Virus record (IMG/VR): IMGVR_UViG_3300048121_000993
Span: 1-64,000 of that record
Length of the DNA stretch: 64,000 bases
Strand: one strand, 5' to 3'
Source of the DNA: a virus
Lineage: Duplodnaviria > Caudoviricetes
The notes under the pieces are model-generated. The model was not told where the DNA came from. It did not search any database and was given only the letters and a program-made list of their open reading frames with translations. Positions 1 to 9,786 of the stretch are shown here, piece after piece; the first letter of the stretch is position 1, and each line of letters begins with the position of its first letter. The position numbers and the translations under genes are program-made.

Positions 1-1
1 C

Positions 2-526
2 AAGTGGTATCTTGAGAATGAAGAAATGGATCCAAACATGGTTTCATCAGAATTACGTGATGTTAACAAGATGATTGAAGCCGTTGATCTCAACGAAGCC
101 GAACCTTATTTTGATACAGCAGTAAACAATGATTATATGGCTTTATACAGAGAAGCTATTGCCAAGTTAAAAGGCAAAAAGACTTCTATTTATGGAGTAG
201 ACAATGACGTTCTACCACCAAACGCAAAACCTAATCCAAAGTCAGCATATAATTCAGGTGAAGTAGAAAAAAATGATGCTGAGTTAGACGCTTTGAATCC
301 TACTGAATCAGAAGTAAGCAGATTAAGAGAACTATCTGGCATTACAGAAGCTCCATATCAATACGATATGTCAGACAAAGGCGATATGCATGATGCATTG
401 GCAGGTGTGCAAAATAGTATGGACGATGCAGTAAAAAGCATACAAAAAGCCTCTGGTCTTGCAAGGCAAGTATCAGACGAAATTGAAAATTCTCTTTACA
501 CAGATGAATCAGTTTTAAAAATTTAA
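2..526 (+). CDS. C-terminal part of an acidic, probably head-associated protein (5' end outside window)
   Basis: Frame is open from position 2; contains RLRELSGI motif shared with ORF 3020-5422. Confidence 0.6.
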   Translation, partial: KWYLENEEMDPNMVSSELRDVNKMIEAVDLNEAEPYFDTAVNNDYMALYREAIAKLKGKKTSIYGVDNDVLPPNAKPNPKSAYNSGEVEKNDAELDALNPTESEVSRLRELSGITEAPYQYDMSDKGDMHDALAGVQNSMDDAVKSIQKASGLARQVSDEIENSLYTDESVLKI

Positions 527-556
527 AAAGTTCACATTCCTCCCAGGTGAAAATTA

Positions 557-590
557 AGCGGTGTAGTTTTAGTTAACTGCACCGTTTTTT
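557..590 (+). terminator. Rho-independent terminator
   Basis: cggtgtag...ctgcaccg stem followed by T6. Confidence 0.7.
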
Positions 591-677
591 CGTTGTATAA
601 TGAAGTAAATACTACTACAAAGTAAGTATATGTGAATCCCTAGGAAAGACTATACACATTTAAAATGGAGTATAGAA

Positions 678-1379
678 ATGGGAAGACCAATAGAAACATA
701 TACCGATAGTTTTGGGCAGACTATAGAATTTAGTATACCAAAACCTCATAAAAAGATTTGTATTAACATATCAGGTGGAGCCGATAGTGCTATACTGTTA
801 ATGATGTTAGTGCAATACTGTGAAAAACATATACCAGATGCTGAACTACATGTTATAACATCAGCTAATCCTATTAAGGGCTGGTACAATGCTAAATGGA
901 GTACTAGTGTACTCAATAAAGTACTCCATATCACAGGAACTAAATTAATTAAAAGTCACTATACATTTTATAGCATAGATCAGATTAGATTAGAATTAGA
1001 TGAAGCAGAACTAATGCAACAAGGTTTGAATGATATAACATTGTCAATACATGGAACTACACAAAATCCACCAATAGAAGATAGTGATAAATTTGGTTTA
1101 GAAAGTTATAAACCACGCGATCCAGGTCATGGAAGAGAAATAGTATATAAAAATAATAGTATTATAACTTTGCTTCCTTTTATGCAAGTAGACAAACGCA
1201 TGATAGCACATTTATATAAACATTTTAATGTATTAGAAGAATTATTACCATACACACGAAGTTGTGAGTGGCATGAGGGATTCGAGTATGATTATGTTAT
1301 AGTTCCTAACCCAGGAGATGGGCATTGTGGTGAATGCTGGTGGTGTAAAGAACGTAAATGGGCATTTGGGCGGTTATAA
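678..1379 (+). CDS. QueC-like PP-loop ATPase (7-cyano-7-deazaguanine synthase-like)
   Basis: N-terminal SGGADS PP-loop; C-terminal TRSC...HCGECWWC Zn site. Confidence 0.65.
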   Translation: MGRPIETYTDSFGQTIEFSIPKPHKKICINISGGADSAILLMMLVQYCEKHIPDAELHVITSANPIKGWYNAKWSTSVLNKVLHITGTKLIKSHYTFYSIDQIRLELDEAELMQQGLNDITLSIHGTTQNPPIEDSDKFGLESYKPRDPGHGREIVYKNNSIITLLPFMQVDKRMIAHLYKHFNVLEELLPYTRSCEWHEGFEYDYVIVPNPGDGHCGECWWCKERKWAFGRL

Positions 1380-1385
1380 CTATAC

Positions 1386-1406
1386 ATAAATAGTAATGTA
1401 TAAATA
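1386..1406 (+). promoter_or_regulatory. T4-type late promoter(s) ATAAATA/TATAAATA upstream of terminase
   Basis: ATAAATA at 1386-1392 and TATAAATA at 1399-1406; motif recurs before many late-type genes. Confidence 0.6.
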
Positions 1407-1424
1407 TATTACAATGGAACCCAA

Positions 1425-2981
1425 ATGGCAGTAGATACAAAATTAACTAAAACCCCATATAAAAAAGAAAAGTACACAGAAGAGCAGTTATTAGAACTAG
1501 CATTGTGTACTCAAGACCCTAAACACTTTATGAAGGAACACTGTTATATTCAGCATCCTACAAAAGGTCGTATGAAGTTTGCACTATATGATTTCCAAGA
1601 CGAACTAGTAGATACATATCACAATAATAGATATAGTATTAGTATGCTTGCACGACAAACAGGTAAAAGTACTTGTGCGGCAGGATACTTGCTATGGTAT
1701 GCAATGTTTAACCCAGATCAAACTATTCTTATAGCGGCACACAAATATTCAGGTGCCAGTGAAATTATGCAACGCATTCGTTTTGCGTACGAAACACTGC
1801 CTGATTTTATTAGAGCTGGTGTTACTGCATATAACAAAGGATCGTTGGAATTTGATAACGGTTCTCGTATTGTAGCACAGAGTACAACAGAAAATACTGG
1901 ACGTGGTTTGTCTATATCGTTAGCATACTTAGACGAGTTTGCATTTGTTAGACCAAACATTGCTAAAGAATTTTGGACTTCACTTTCACCTACATTAGCA
2001 ACAGGTGGTAAATGTATTATCACATCAACACCAAATATGGATGACGACCAATTTGCACAGATTTGGAGAGATGCTAATAAGAACCAAGACGAACACGGCA
2101 TGGAAACTACTACAGGTATTAATGGTTTTGCACATTACCTAGCTACATGGGAAGTACATCCAGACAGAGATCAAGAATGGGCAGATGTTGAACAAGGTAA
2201 AATTGGCGAAGAAAGATTTAGGCGTGAACACAAATGTGAATTTATTGCGTTTGACGAAACACTCATTGATAGTATTAAGCTAAGTAACATGGAAGCTCGC
2301 GATCCATACGCTATATCAGGACAAGTACGCTGGTATGCACCAGTTGCCAAAGGTAAACTATATATGATAGGATTAGATCCTAGTTTAGGCACAGGTGGCG
2401 ATAACAGTGCTATACAAGTATACAGTATGCCAGGAATGAAACAAGTAGCAGAATGGATGCATAATAGAACAACAGTTCAAGGGCAGATAAAAATTTTGCG
2501 AGAAATAGCACAGTTTATAGAAAGCGAAACAAATGGCGATTGTGAAATATATTACAGTATGGAAAACAACACATTAGGCGAAGCAGCACTAGTTGTTGTT
2601 GAAGAAACAGGCGAAGAAAACTTTCCTGGTACATTTTTAAGTGAAACACGGCAACATGGTAATGCCAAACGCTATAGAAGAGGCTTTACAACTACACATA
2701 AATCAAAAATAAGTGCATGTAGTAAACTAAAATACTGGGTAGAAACAGAGAAACTAGAAATAGCAAGTAAGCCTCTGTTAAGAGAATTAAAAACATTTAT
2801 TGCACGTGGTAATAGTTATGCAGCCAAAGACGGCGAACACGATGACCTTGTAATGGCAGTTAATTTAATAGTGCGTATGAGTTTAGAAGTATCTAAATAC
2901 GAAGAAGATGCCTTTGACTACTTAAACGACGATTTTGAAGATGGAGACGGTATGGAGCCTATGCCGTTTAGCCTGCTATAA
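1425..2981 (+). CDS. terL: Terminase large subunit (T4 gp17-like)
   Basis: Walker A ARQTGKS, Walker B YLDEFAF, ITSTPN motif, RNase H-like GLDPS and HDDLVMA. Confidence 0.95.
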   Translation: MAVDTKLTKTPYKKEKYTEEQLLELALCTQDPKHFMKEHCYIQHPTKGRMKFALYDFQDELVDTYHNNRYSISMLARQTGKSTCAAGYLLWYAMFNPDQTILIAAHKYSGASEIMQRIRFAYETLPDFIRAGVTAYNKGSLEFDNGSRIVAQSTTENTGRGLSISLAYLDEFAFVRPNIAKEFWTSLSPTLATGGKCIITSTPNMDDDQFAQIWRDANKNQDEHGMETTTGINGFAHYLATWEVHPDRDQEWADVEQGKIGEERFRREHKCEFIAFDETLIDSIKLSNMEARDPYAISGQVRWYAPVAKGKLYMIGLDPSLGTGGDNSAIQVYSMPGMKQVAEWMHNRTTVQGQIKILREIAQFIESETNGDCEIYYSMENNTLGEAALVVVEETGEENFPGTFLSETRQHGNAKRYRRGFTTTHKSKISACSKLKYWVETEKLEIASKPLLRELKTFIARGNSYAAKDGEHDDLVMAVNLIVRMSLEVSKYEEDAFDYLNDDFEDGDGMEPMPFSLL

Positions 2982-3019
2982 TGCAATAATTGATAAATAC
3001 ATTAAAGGAATACTATACA

Positions 3020-5422
3020 ATGCAACTATCACAAGAAATTTTTAACATTCTAAAGGGTGCAAACATTAAATTAAAATTGTTTGATCCAATGGGAAATAAA
3101 ACATTAGATCCTGAATTATCAGCGAGATTTTACGCATATGATAATGATTTTCTTGTCACTATTAGAGAAGAAGAAGATGGAGTTGAACTAGTTGTACAAG
3201 CAGGAGCTAGTTTCAATTTTAATGAACACAAAGATTTATTGAATAGTATTAAAAAAGCAGGACACAACGCTATGGCAGAATATAACATTAGAAAATTTGA
3301 TAAGAATATTGAATTAAAAGACTTCGCACACGATGTAGTAAAAGAAGACGACCGTACTGAAAAGGCAATGAAAGACATGCAACCAAGTGCAGTTACAGGC
3401 TATTACGAGATCACAGACTTCTGGAAAGAACACACGCAGATGTGGGACAAAAGTGTTGACGAAGTGATGCAAATGATTTATGAGTGGACTTGGATTGAAA
3501 TGACAACAGCCACTAGAGACAGAGATGAATTAGCAAAACGTACATTAGCAATAGTAGTTGACGCATTGAGGAACAAAAAAGACGATATGACATTTGATGA
3601 CATGATTGCTCAATTGGAATCAAAAAATGAAGATGTCCGCAGATTAAGAGAACTATCTGGTATTGCAGAAGCTCCAAACGAAGGCACACAAGGTTGTGCA
3701 GATTGCGAATGGATTAAAGACGAAACAGACGGCGACATTGATACATGTGATGATTGTGCAGCAGAAAAGCGTCAAACTAATGAATCAGAAAAGCGTTGGA
3801 AACAAACTAGTATGTCTCCACAAGAAGCAATAGCAAAATACGGCAAAGAAAACGTAAAAGTTAAAAAAGGTGCATTGCGTAATGGCGATGACATGGTAGA
3901 AGTATTTGTTGAATCAATGAACGAAGGCGGAAATTCAGTAGAGGCATTTATGTCACATGTAGTTGATCATGCTAAAGAAATTCAAGCAGATAACTATAGA
4001 ATGACTGATAGTTCATATTACGAATTCACAGATGAAATAGATACAGATGATGAAGAATTTATGAGTATGCCACAAGTGCAAGCTATATTAAAAGCAATAC
4101 CACATGTGGATATGGAAAACACAGATATTAAACATGCAATTGATGTTTTAGCATCAGGCGAATTACTTGAAGCAGAAACTGAATCATATTCACCAGGTGA
4201 TGAAATGGAAGATGGCGTAGTAAGTAATTGCTGTGGCGCTCAATTAATGGACTACAATGATGGACATGGTAGATGTTCAGATTGTAAAGAAATGGCAGCC
4301 GGCGAATCAGAAGAAGAATATTACGAAAGTTGGGATGGCATTAAAAATGCAGTTAAAAAAGGTGTTGATACTCTTAGACACGGCGGAGTTAAGTTTGGTA
4401 AAAAAGGAGTTAAATTCACTACTGACCTTAGAAAGCCACAAACTGGAACAGTTAAACCACAAATGGAAAGTTATTCACCTGCAACAGGCAGTATGAAAAC
4501 AAGTTATATTCAATTACCAGAAAACACTAAACTTATTATTAAGCATACAAAAGGTGTTAATGAAGAAGTGCGTGGTAGCAGATCACGTAACATCAAAGCA
4601 TTGTTTATTGAAAACAGTGCAGGAGAAAGATTTAGATTCCCACACAAATATTTACAAGGCGCTAAAGCTATGGCCAACCATGTAAGCAAAGGCGGAACGC
4701 CGTATGATGCAATTGGTGAATCAATTATCACTTTATGTACAGAAGTAGCACAGTGTAGTCAGTTTTTGAGACATGTGCGTACAAACAAATTAACAAACGA
4801 AGGCAATGAAAACATTGTTGAAACAGTTAAACAAAAATTAAAAGAATTTAAGAATACAGTTAAGAGTCTACAGACTTCAAGAGGTTATAACGCCTATCAA
4901 GTTCCTACTACTGCGATTGTAGAAGATAATGATAAAGAATCGGTTGACTTAACTGACAAGTTCATGTATAATACATTTGAGACTGCAAATATGGATTCAG
5001 TCTTAGAAACAGTAGCCCGTATTATAAAGGAGAGAGACAGTATGACAGATCTAACTAAAAGTAACATGAATCGTTTATACGATATGATTAAAAACAAGGA
5101 AGATTTCAAACTTAACATTGATCCAAATGATCCAGAACATCCTGACAATGAAGATCCAATTAAATACTCAGGTGGTAATGGTGCAATGGCTAAGTTAGTA
5201 TCACACTTATCTTTTCTAGCAATGAACAGTAAAAATGACGAAGTATTTAACTTACTAAGTCAAATTTCAGGCGAAATGTATAGCTTGCCGAAAGAGCATG
5301 TTATATTATTAGCCAAAATTGCAGCATATTTAGACAAAAATAACAAGGCTCCAGCAAAGGAACCAGCAATGGAAGATCTTGCTGAAGCAATGTTAAAAAA
5401 TCTAAGAAGAAAGATTGCATAA
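3020..5422 (+). CDS. Large modular protein, probably virion/head-associated
   Basis: Long ORF; ATAAATA at 2993-2999 and AAGGA SD favour ATG at 3020; central region is a series of short acidic/Cys-rich cassettes. Confidence 0.7.
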   Translation: MQLSQEIFNILKGANIKLKLFDPMGNKTLDPELSARFYAYDNDFLVTIREEEDGVELVVQAGASFNFNEHKDLLNSIKKAGHNAMAEYNIRKFDKNIELKDFAHDVVKEDDRTEKAMKDMQPSAVTGYYEITDFWKEHTQMWDKSVDEVMQMIYEWTWIEMTTATRDRDELAKRTLAIVVDALRNKKDDMTFDDMIAQLESKNEDVRRLRELSGIAEAPNEGTQGCADCEWIKDETDGDIDTCDDCAAEKRQTNESEKRWKQTSMSPQEAIAKYGKENVKVKKGALRNGDDMVEVFVESMNEGGNSVEAFMSHVVDHAKEIQADNYRMTDSSYYEFTDEIDTDDEEFMSMPQVQAILKAIPHVDMENTDIKHAIDVLASGELLEAETESYSPGDEMEDGVVSNCCGAQLMDYNDGHGRCSDCKEMAAGESEEEYYESWDGIKNAVKKGVDTLRHGGVKFGKKGVKFTTDLRKPQTGTVKPQMESYSPATGSMKTSYIQLPENTKLIIKHTKGVNEEVRGSRSRNIKALFIENSAGERFRFPHKYLQGAKAMANHVSKGGTPYDAIGESIITLCTEVAQCSQFLRHVRTNKLTNEGNENIVETVKQKLKEFKNTVKSLQTSRGYNAYQVPTTAIVEDNDKESVDLTDKFMYNTFETANMDSVLETVARIIKERDSMTDLTKSNMNRLYDMIKNKEDFKLNIDPNDPEHPDNEDPIKYSGGNGAMAKLVSHLSFLAMNSKNDEVFNLLSQISGEMYSLPKEHVILLAKIAAYLDKNNKAPAKEPAMEDLAEAMLKNLRRKIA

Positions 5423-5439
5423 TTTTCTTCAAAAAGTGC

Positions 5440-5468
5440 TTGACAGTAGGCACAATTTATTATATACT
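5440..5468 (+). promoter_or_regulatory. sigma70-type promoter for SSB
   Basis: TTGACA-17 nt-TATACT. Confidence 0.75.
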
Positions 5469-5480
5469 GTAATGGCAACT

Positions 5481-5532
5481 AAAGGCAAAAGTAGTTAAGA
5501 GCTACACAAAGGCAAAGTAGCACTAGCTACAC
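5481..5532 (+). repeat. Imperfect tandem repeat with small hairpins in the SSB 5' leader
   Basis: aaaggcaaaagtagttaagagctacac / aaaggcaaagtagcactagctacac. Confidence 0.6.
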
Positions 5533-5591
5533 AAACAAAGCAGAACTATAAGTTTTGTTACAAATAAAGGCTAATATAGGAGAAACTAATA

Positions 5592-6608
5592 ATGGCATCT
5601 TTAGCAGAAATCCGTGCAAAATTACAAGCACAAGAAACTAAGAGCTCAGGCTCATCAACAGGTGGCGGCGATAACGCTATCTTCACACACTGGAATATTC
5701 CAGAAGGCAGTAGTGCAACACTACGATTCCTACCAGACGCAGATCCCGACAACACTTTCTTTTGGAAAGAACGTCAGATGATCCGTTTATCATTTCCAGG
5801 TGTAAAAGGCGGAGACGAAAACAAACCAGTTACAATACAAGTACCTTGTGTTGAAATGTGGGGAGATACATGTCCAGTACATGCAGAAATTCGTCCTTGG
5901 TTTAAAGACCCTACTATGGAAGACATGGGTCGTAAGTATTGGAAAAAGCGTAGTTACATTTTCCAAGGCTTTGTAACACAAAGTGATCTACAGGAAGACT
6001 CAGTACCTGAGAATCCTATTAGGCGTTTTGTTATTTCACCTCAAATTTATAAAATCATTAGTTCAGCACTTATGGATCCTGAATTCCAGGAAATTCCTAC
6101 AGACTATGAAGCTGGTACAGATTTCGTAATTAAGAAATCTACCAAAGGTCAATATGCTGACTATTCAACATCTAATTGGGCTCGTAGAGAACGCAGTTTA
6201 GATCAAACAGAGCGTGATGCAATTGCAACACACGACCTGCACAATCTAAATGACTTCTTACCTAAGAAGCCTGATGCAGAACATCTAAACGCTATCTTTG
6301 AAATGTTTGAAGCAAGTGTTGATGGACAGTTGTATGATCCAGAACGTTTTGGTCAGTACTATCGTCCATATGGTGTAGATGCACCAGCTACTACAGGAGC
6401 AAAACCTGTTGCAGCGGCAACTACTCCACCACCAACACCAGCACCGGCGCCAGCACCAGCGGCACCAGTTGTTGAACAAGCAACAGCACCAGCACCAACA
6501 GCAGTTGATATGACGCCAGAACCAGAAATGGCAACGGCAGCACCAGCAGCTGAAGGGCAAGCAAGTGCTCAAGACATTTTAGCAGCGATTAGAAATCGTA
6601 AGCAATAA
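5592..6608 (+). CDS. Single-stranded DNA-binding protein (T4 gp32-like)
   Basis: LRFLP, CPV, YWKKRSY and DYSTS motifs; Pro/Ala-rich tail; located before uvsX. Confidence 0.85.
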   Translation: MASLAEIRAKLQAQETKSSGSSTGGGDNAIFTHWNIPEGSSATLRFLPDADPDNTFFWKERQMIRLSFPGVKGGDENKPVTIQVPCVEMWGDTCPVHAEIRPWFKDPTMEDMGRKYWKKRSYIFQGFVTQSDLQEDSVPENPIRRFVISPQIYKIISSALMDPEFQEIPTDYEAGTDFVIKKSTKGQYADYSTSNWARRERSLDQTERDAIATHDLHNLNDFLPKKPDAEHLNAIFEMFEASVDGQLYDPERFGQYYRPYGVDAPATTGAKPVAAATTPPPTPAPAPAPAAPVVEQATAPAPTAVDMTPEPEMATAAPAAEGQASAQDILAAIRNRKQ

Positions 6609-6668
6609 GTAATATAAATTGAGTGGGGGTCCTTAGTGCCCTCACTTTAACATAGGAGAAAAAACATT

Positions 6669-7772
6669 ATGGCAAGACCATTTGACGTAAGTAAATTCCG
6701 AAAAGCTATTACTAAAAGTGTTCCTGGGTTAAGCGTAGGCTTCAATGACCCTGACACTTGGATTAGTACAGGAAATTACACACTAAACAAACTTATCAGT
6801 AACGAATTTGACAAAGGAATTCCACTAGGTAAGGTAACTGTTCTAGCAGGAGAATCAGGCGCAGGTAAATCGTTTATCGCGGCAGGTAATGTAGTTAGAT
6901 CAGCACAAGAACAAGGCATATTTGTTATTCTAATTGACACAGAAAATGCATTAGATGAGAAATGGCTACACGCACTGAATGTAGATACTACACCAGAAAA
7001 ACTATTAAAACTTAACATGAGTATGATTGATGATGTTGCTAAAACAATTAGTGACTTTATGAAGGATTACAAGGCAGAATACGCCGAAGCAGAAGACGAA
7101 GACAGACCTAAGGTATTGTTTGTAGTTGACTCGTTGGGTATGTTACTAACACCTACTGATGTTGATCAGTTTAACAAAGGTGATATGAAAGGTGATATGG
7201 GTCGTAAGCCTAAAGCACTAACTTCATTAGTTCGTAACACAGTTAATATGTTTGGACAGTACAATGTAGGACTACTAGCAACTAACCATACATATGCATC
7301 ACAAGATATGTTTGACCCAGATGACAAGATCTCAGGTGGTCAAGGCTTTATCTATGCAAGTAGTATTGTTATTGCAATGCGTAAACTTAAACTAAAAGTA
7401 GATGCAGATGGCAACAAAACATCACAAGTATTTGGTATTAGGGCAGCATGTAAAGTAATGAAATCTCGTTACGCTAAACCATTTGAAAGTGTGCAAGTTG
7501 AAATCCCATATGAAACAGGTATGAGCCCATACAGTGGCTTAACTGACTTCTTTGAAGCAAAAGGTTTGTTAAAGAAAAGTGGAAACAGTTTAGAATATAC
7601 TAGCACTGTAACAGGTGAAGTAATTAAAATGTTCCGTAAACCTTGGAATGCAAACAAGGACGGCGCATTAGATATCGTCATGTCAGAATATGACAATGAT
7701 GTAGCTGATGCAGAAGAAGAAATCATGGATAACATTGAAGAAACTACAACGGAGGTGGTAAATGAATCTTAG
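6669..7772 (+). CDS. uvsX: RecA/UvsX recombinase
   Basis: GESGAGKS Walker A, IDTENALD, VVDSLG, NHTY, SGGQG. Confidence 0.93.
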   Translation: MARPFDVSKFRKAITKSVPGLSVGFNDPDTWISTGNYTLNKLISNEFDKGIPLGKVTVLAGESGAGKSFIAAGNVVRSAQEQGIFVILIDTENALDEKWLHALNVDTTPEKLLKLNMSMIDDVAKTISDFMKDYKAEYAEAEDEDRPKVLFVVDSLGMLLTPTDVDQFNKGDMKGDMGRKPKALTSLVRNTVNMFGQYNVGLLATNHTYASQDMFDPDDKISGGQGFIYASSIVIAMRKLKLKVDADGNKTSQVFGIRAACKVMKSRYAKPFESVQVEIPYETGMSPYSGLTDFFEAKGLLKKSGNSLEYTSTVTGEVIKMFRKPWNANKDGALDIVMSEYDNDVADAEEEIMDNIEETTTEVVNES

Positions 7773-8031
7773 TGATGGAGATTTTGAGTTTATATTTAAC
7801 TTATATGACGAAGCACAAAACTTTATTGATGATAAGAACAAGTTAGAATATGCTCGCAGAACTATATATCAGCTTCTCGACTTTGGGTTTGAACTCAAAC
7901 CAGCGTATAAAGAAATATCTGATCATTGCGAATACTTAGGTGAGGCACTTGATGAACACTTAGAGCAAGAAGAAGAAGATGAAGATGTTTTTGATGAATA
8001 CAGCGAAGATGACGAGGAGTTGGAATACTAA
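7762..8031 (+). CDS. Hypothetical acidic protein
   Basis: GGAGG SD; translationally coupled to neighbours. Confidence 0.7.
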   Translation: MNLSDGDFEFIFNLYDEAQNFIDDKNKLEYARRTIYQLLDFGFELKPAYKEISDHCEYLGEALDEHLEQEEEDEDVFDEYSEDDEELEY

Positions 8032-8489
8032 TGAGTGTATGGTATCGTAAAGTTACAGCAAATTTAGGAGAGATAGTTCCGGCTATCTCTCACTATGAAA
8101 AGCAAATTGATGAAGCACGATTTGAGTGTAGTATGAAAGGTGTACTAGAAAAGCAGAGCAGAGACATGCCTGGTATTGTAGAACATCGATTTAATCAATT
8201 ACAGGAAGTAGAAGCAATACTTGAGTTTCTACATACTGAAATGCGTACATTACGATCCAAAACATTTCGTAAGTTTTTAGAAAACTACAATAAAGCACTT
8301 AGCTCGCGTGATGCAGACAAGTTTGTTGACGGCGAGCAAGATGTAGTAGATTTACAATATCTTATCAACGACTTTAGTTTGGTAAGAAACAAATACATAG
8401 GCATTATTAAGGCATTAGAAGCCAAGCAATTCCAGATTAATAATGTTGTTAAATTAAGAGCAGCAGGCTTAGAAGATATTTCACTATAA
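8031..8489 (+). CDS. UvsY-like recombination mediator
   Basis: Helical 152 aa protein with LSSRDADKFVDGE-type motif; syntenic with uvsX. Confidence 0.6.
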   Translation: MSVWYRKVTANLGEIVPAISHYEKQIDEARFECSMKGVLEKQSRDMPGIVEHRFNQLQEVEAILEFLHTEMRTLRSKTFRKFLENYNKALSSRDADKFVDGEQDVVDLQYLINDFSLVRNKYIGIIKALEAKQFQINNVVKLRAAGLEDISL

Positions 8490-8494
8490 AAAGG

Positions 8495-8523
8495 TTGACA
8501 AGCAAGACTTCTTGCCGTATACT
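8495..8523 (+). promoter_or_regulatory. Early sigma70 promoter with palindromic operator in the spacer
   Basis: TTGACA-agcaagacttcttgccg-TATACT. Confidence 0.8.
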
Positions 8524-8579
8524 ATACTTATAAATAGAAAATGTTCAATGAATACTTAACTTTACCACTGGAGTCACAA

Positions 8580-9281
8580 ATGAATAAAACACCATGGCCA
8601 ACTATCACAGTTATTGATGTAATGTGTGCCGCAGTTCTTGTATATAAAGATCAAGGATTTGTTCGTAGTGGACAAGGATACACAGACACTGATACAGAAA
8701 ACGGTGAACCTATACAAATACGAGATAACAAAACTTGTATTGTTGATATTTTAGAAGATCCAGCAATGTCATTCACTGAATCAGAAATTACAAATGCTAA
8801 TAATCTTATTGATAGCATTAATGGTAAGTTAATGATCAAAAAGATGACTAATAACCTCAATAATTTTGAGCAAAACGTTGCTAAAGCATTATCAGAGCCA
8901 AATGTTAATAAGTTTGCAGTAAGCATCATTGCTAGTTTACCACATAGTGTGGTAATTGACAAAAAGCGTGAAGCAGTTGAAGATAAAATGTCTGCATTAA
9001 AGCATAGCAGTATGTACTTTGGTAATCGTGGCAAAAGATACGATATTAATGTAAAAGTACTAGATGTTAAGTTTATTCAAACTAGTGATGTTTATATGAT
9101 TACCACAGTTTACGCTGAAAAGGATATTATTAAGTTTTGGTGGCGAGATCAACCGGATATTAGTGATATTATTTCGGATAAAACCATTAAAATTCGTGGT
9201 ACAGTCAACAAACATGAGCTATCAAAGTACTCAAATGCCAAAGAAACCCTTGTAAATAGGGTTAAAATCATAGCAATTTAG
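8580..9281 (+). CDS. Hypothetical protein, possible C-terminal OB fold
   Basis: GGAG SD favours ATG at 8580; C-terminus KIRGTVNKH...TLVNRVK. Confidence 0.65.
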   Translation: MNKTPWPTITVIDVMCAAVLVYKDQGFVRSGQGYTDTDTENGEPIQIRDNKTCIVDILEDPAMSFTESEITNANNLIDSINGKLMIKKMTNNLNNFEQNVAKALSEPNVNKFAVSIIASLPHSVVIDKKREAVEDKMSALKHSSMYFGNRGKRYDINVKVLDVKFIQTSDVYMITTVYAEKDIIKFWWRDQPDISDIISDKTIKIRGTVNKHELSKYSNAKETLVNRVKIIAI

Positions 9282-9297
9282 CGGTTTATTTAAAAGG

Positions 9298-9326
9298 TTG
9301 ACAGAATCTACTTCCTAATATATATT
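9298..9326 (+). promoter_or_regulatory. sigma70 promoter lacking the operator palindrome
   Basis: AAAAGG-TTGACA-17 nt-TATATT. Confidence 0.65.
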
Positions 9327-9378
9327 ATACTTAACAATAACATTAAGTTATTATAATTAATAAACAAAAGGAGTTAAA

Positions 9379-9648
9379 ATGCCAAAAACTAAAAAAACAA
9401 AAGCAGTGGGTACTAAATTTTTCAAAGAAGGTACTCAAAACCAAAGAATCCTAGCTAAGTTCTGGGGTACAGGTAAATCTTTTACTATGGATGATCTAAG
9501 AGAAAAATTAGACATCGCATCTCCGGGTGCAAGACTTTCTGAATTAAGAGACGAAGGTTTTAATGTAAAAGCAACTACAGTTGAAACAGGTGATGTTGGT
9601 AGACAAACTAACGAATACACTATTTCTAAAAAAAGAGTATTAGTATAA
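9379..9648 (+). CDS. Small winged-helix HTH DNA-binding protein
   Basis: FTMDDLREKLDIASPGARLSELRDEGFNV pattern. Confidence 0.7.
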   Translation: MPKTKKTKAVGTKFFKEGTQNQRILAKFWGTGKSFTMDDLREKLDIASPGARLSELRDEGFNVKATTVETGDVGRQTNEYTISKKRVLV

Positions 9649-9722
9649 TACCTACTAAACTAGATTATTGGGCCCTTTATTGTATTGGGCCCAATTCTAT
9701 GAATAAAAGATCAAATAAAAGG

Positions 9723-9751
9723 TTGACAAGTAAGATGTCTTACTGTATACT
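9723..9751 (+). promoter_or_regulatory. Early sigma70 promoter with palindromic operator
   Basis: TTGACA-agtaagatgtcttactg-TATACT; 7-bp perfect arms. Confidence 0.8.
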
Positions 9752-9786
9752 GTAAGTATAGTTAATAAAAAACAGGAGTTTAATAA

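Noticed and set aside
6410-6550. ccagca-rich repeats
   Set aside because: They encode the Pro/Ala/Thr linker of the SSB tail; no repeat-spacer structure, so not CRISPR
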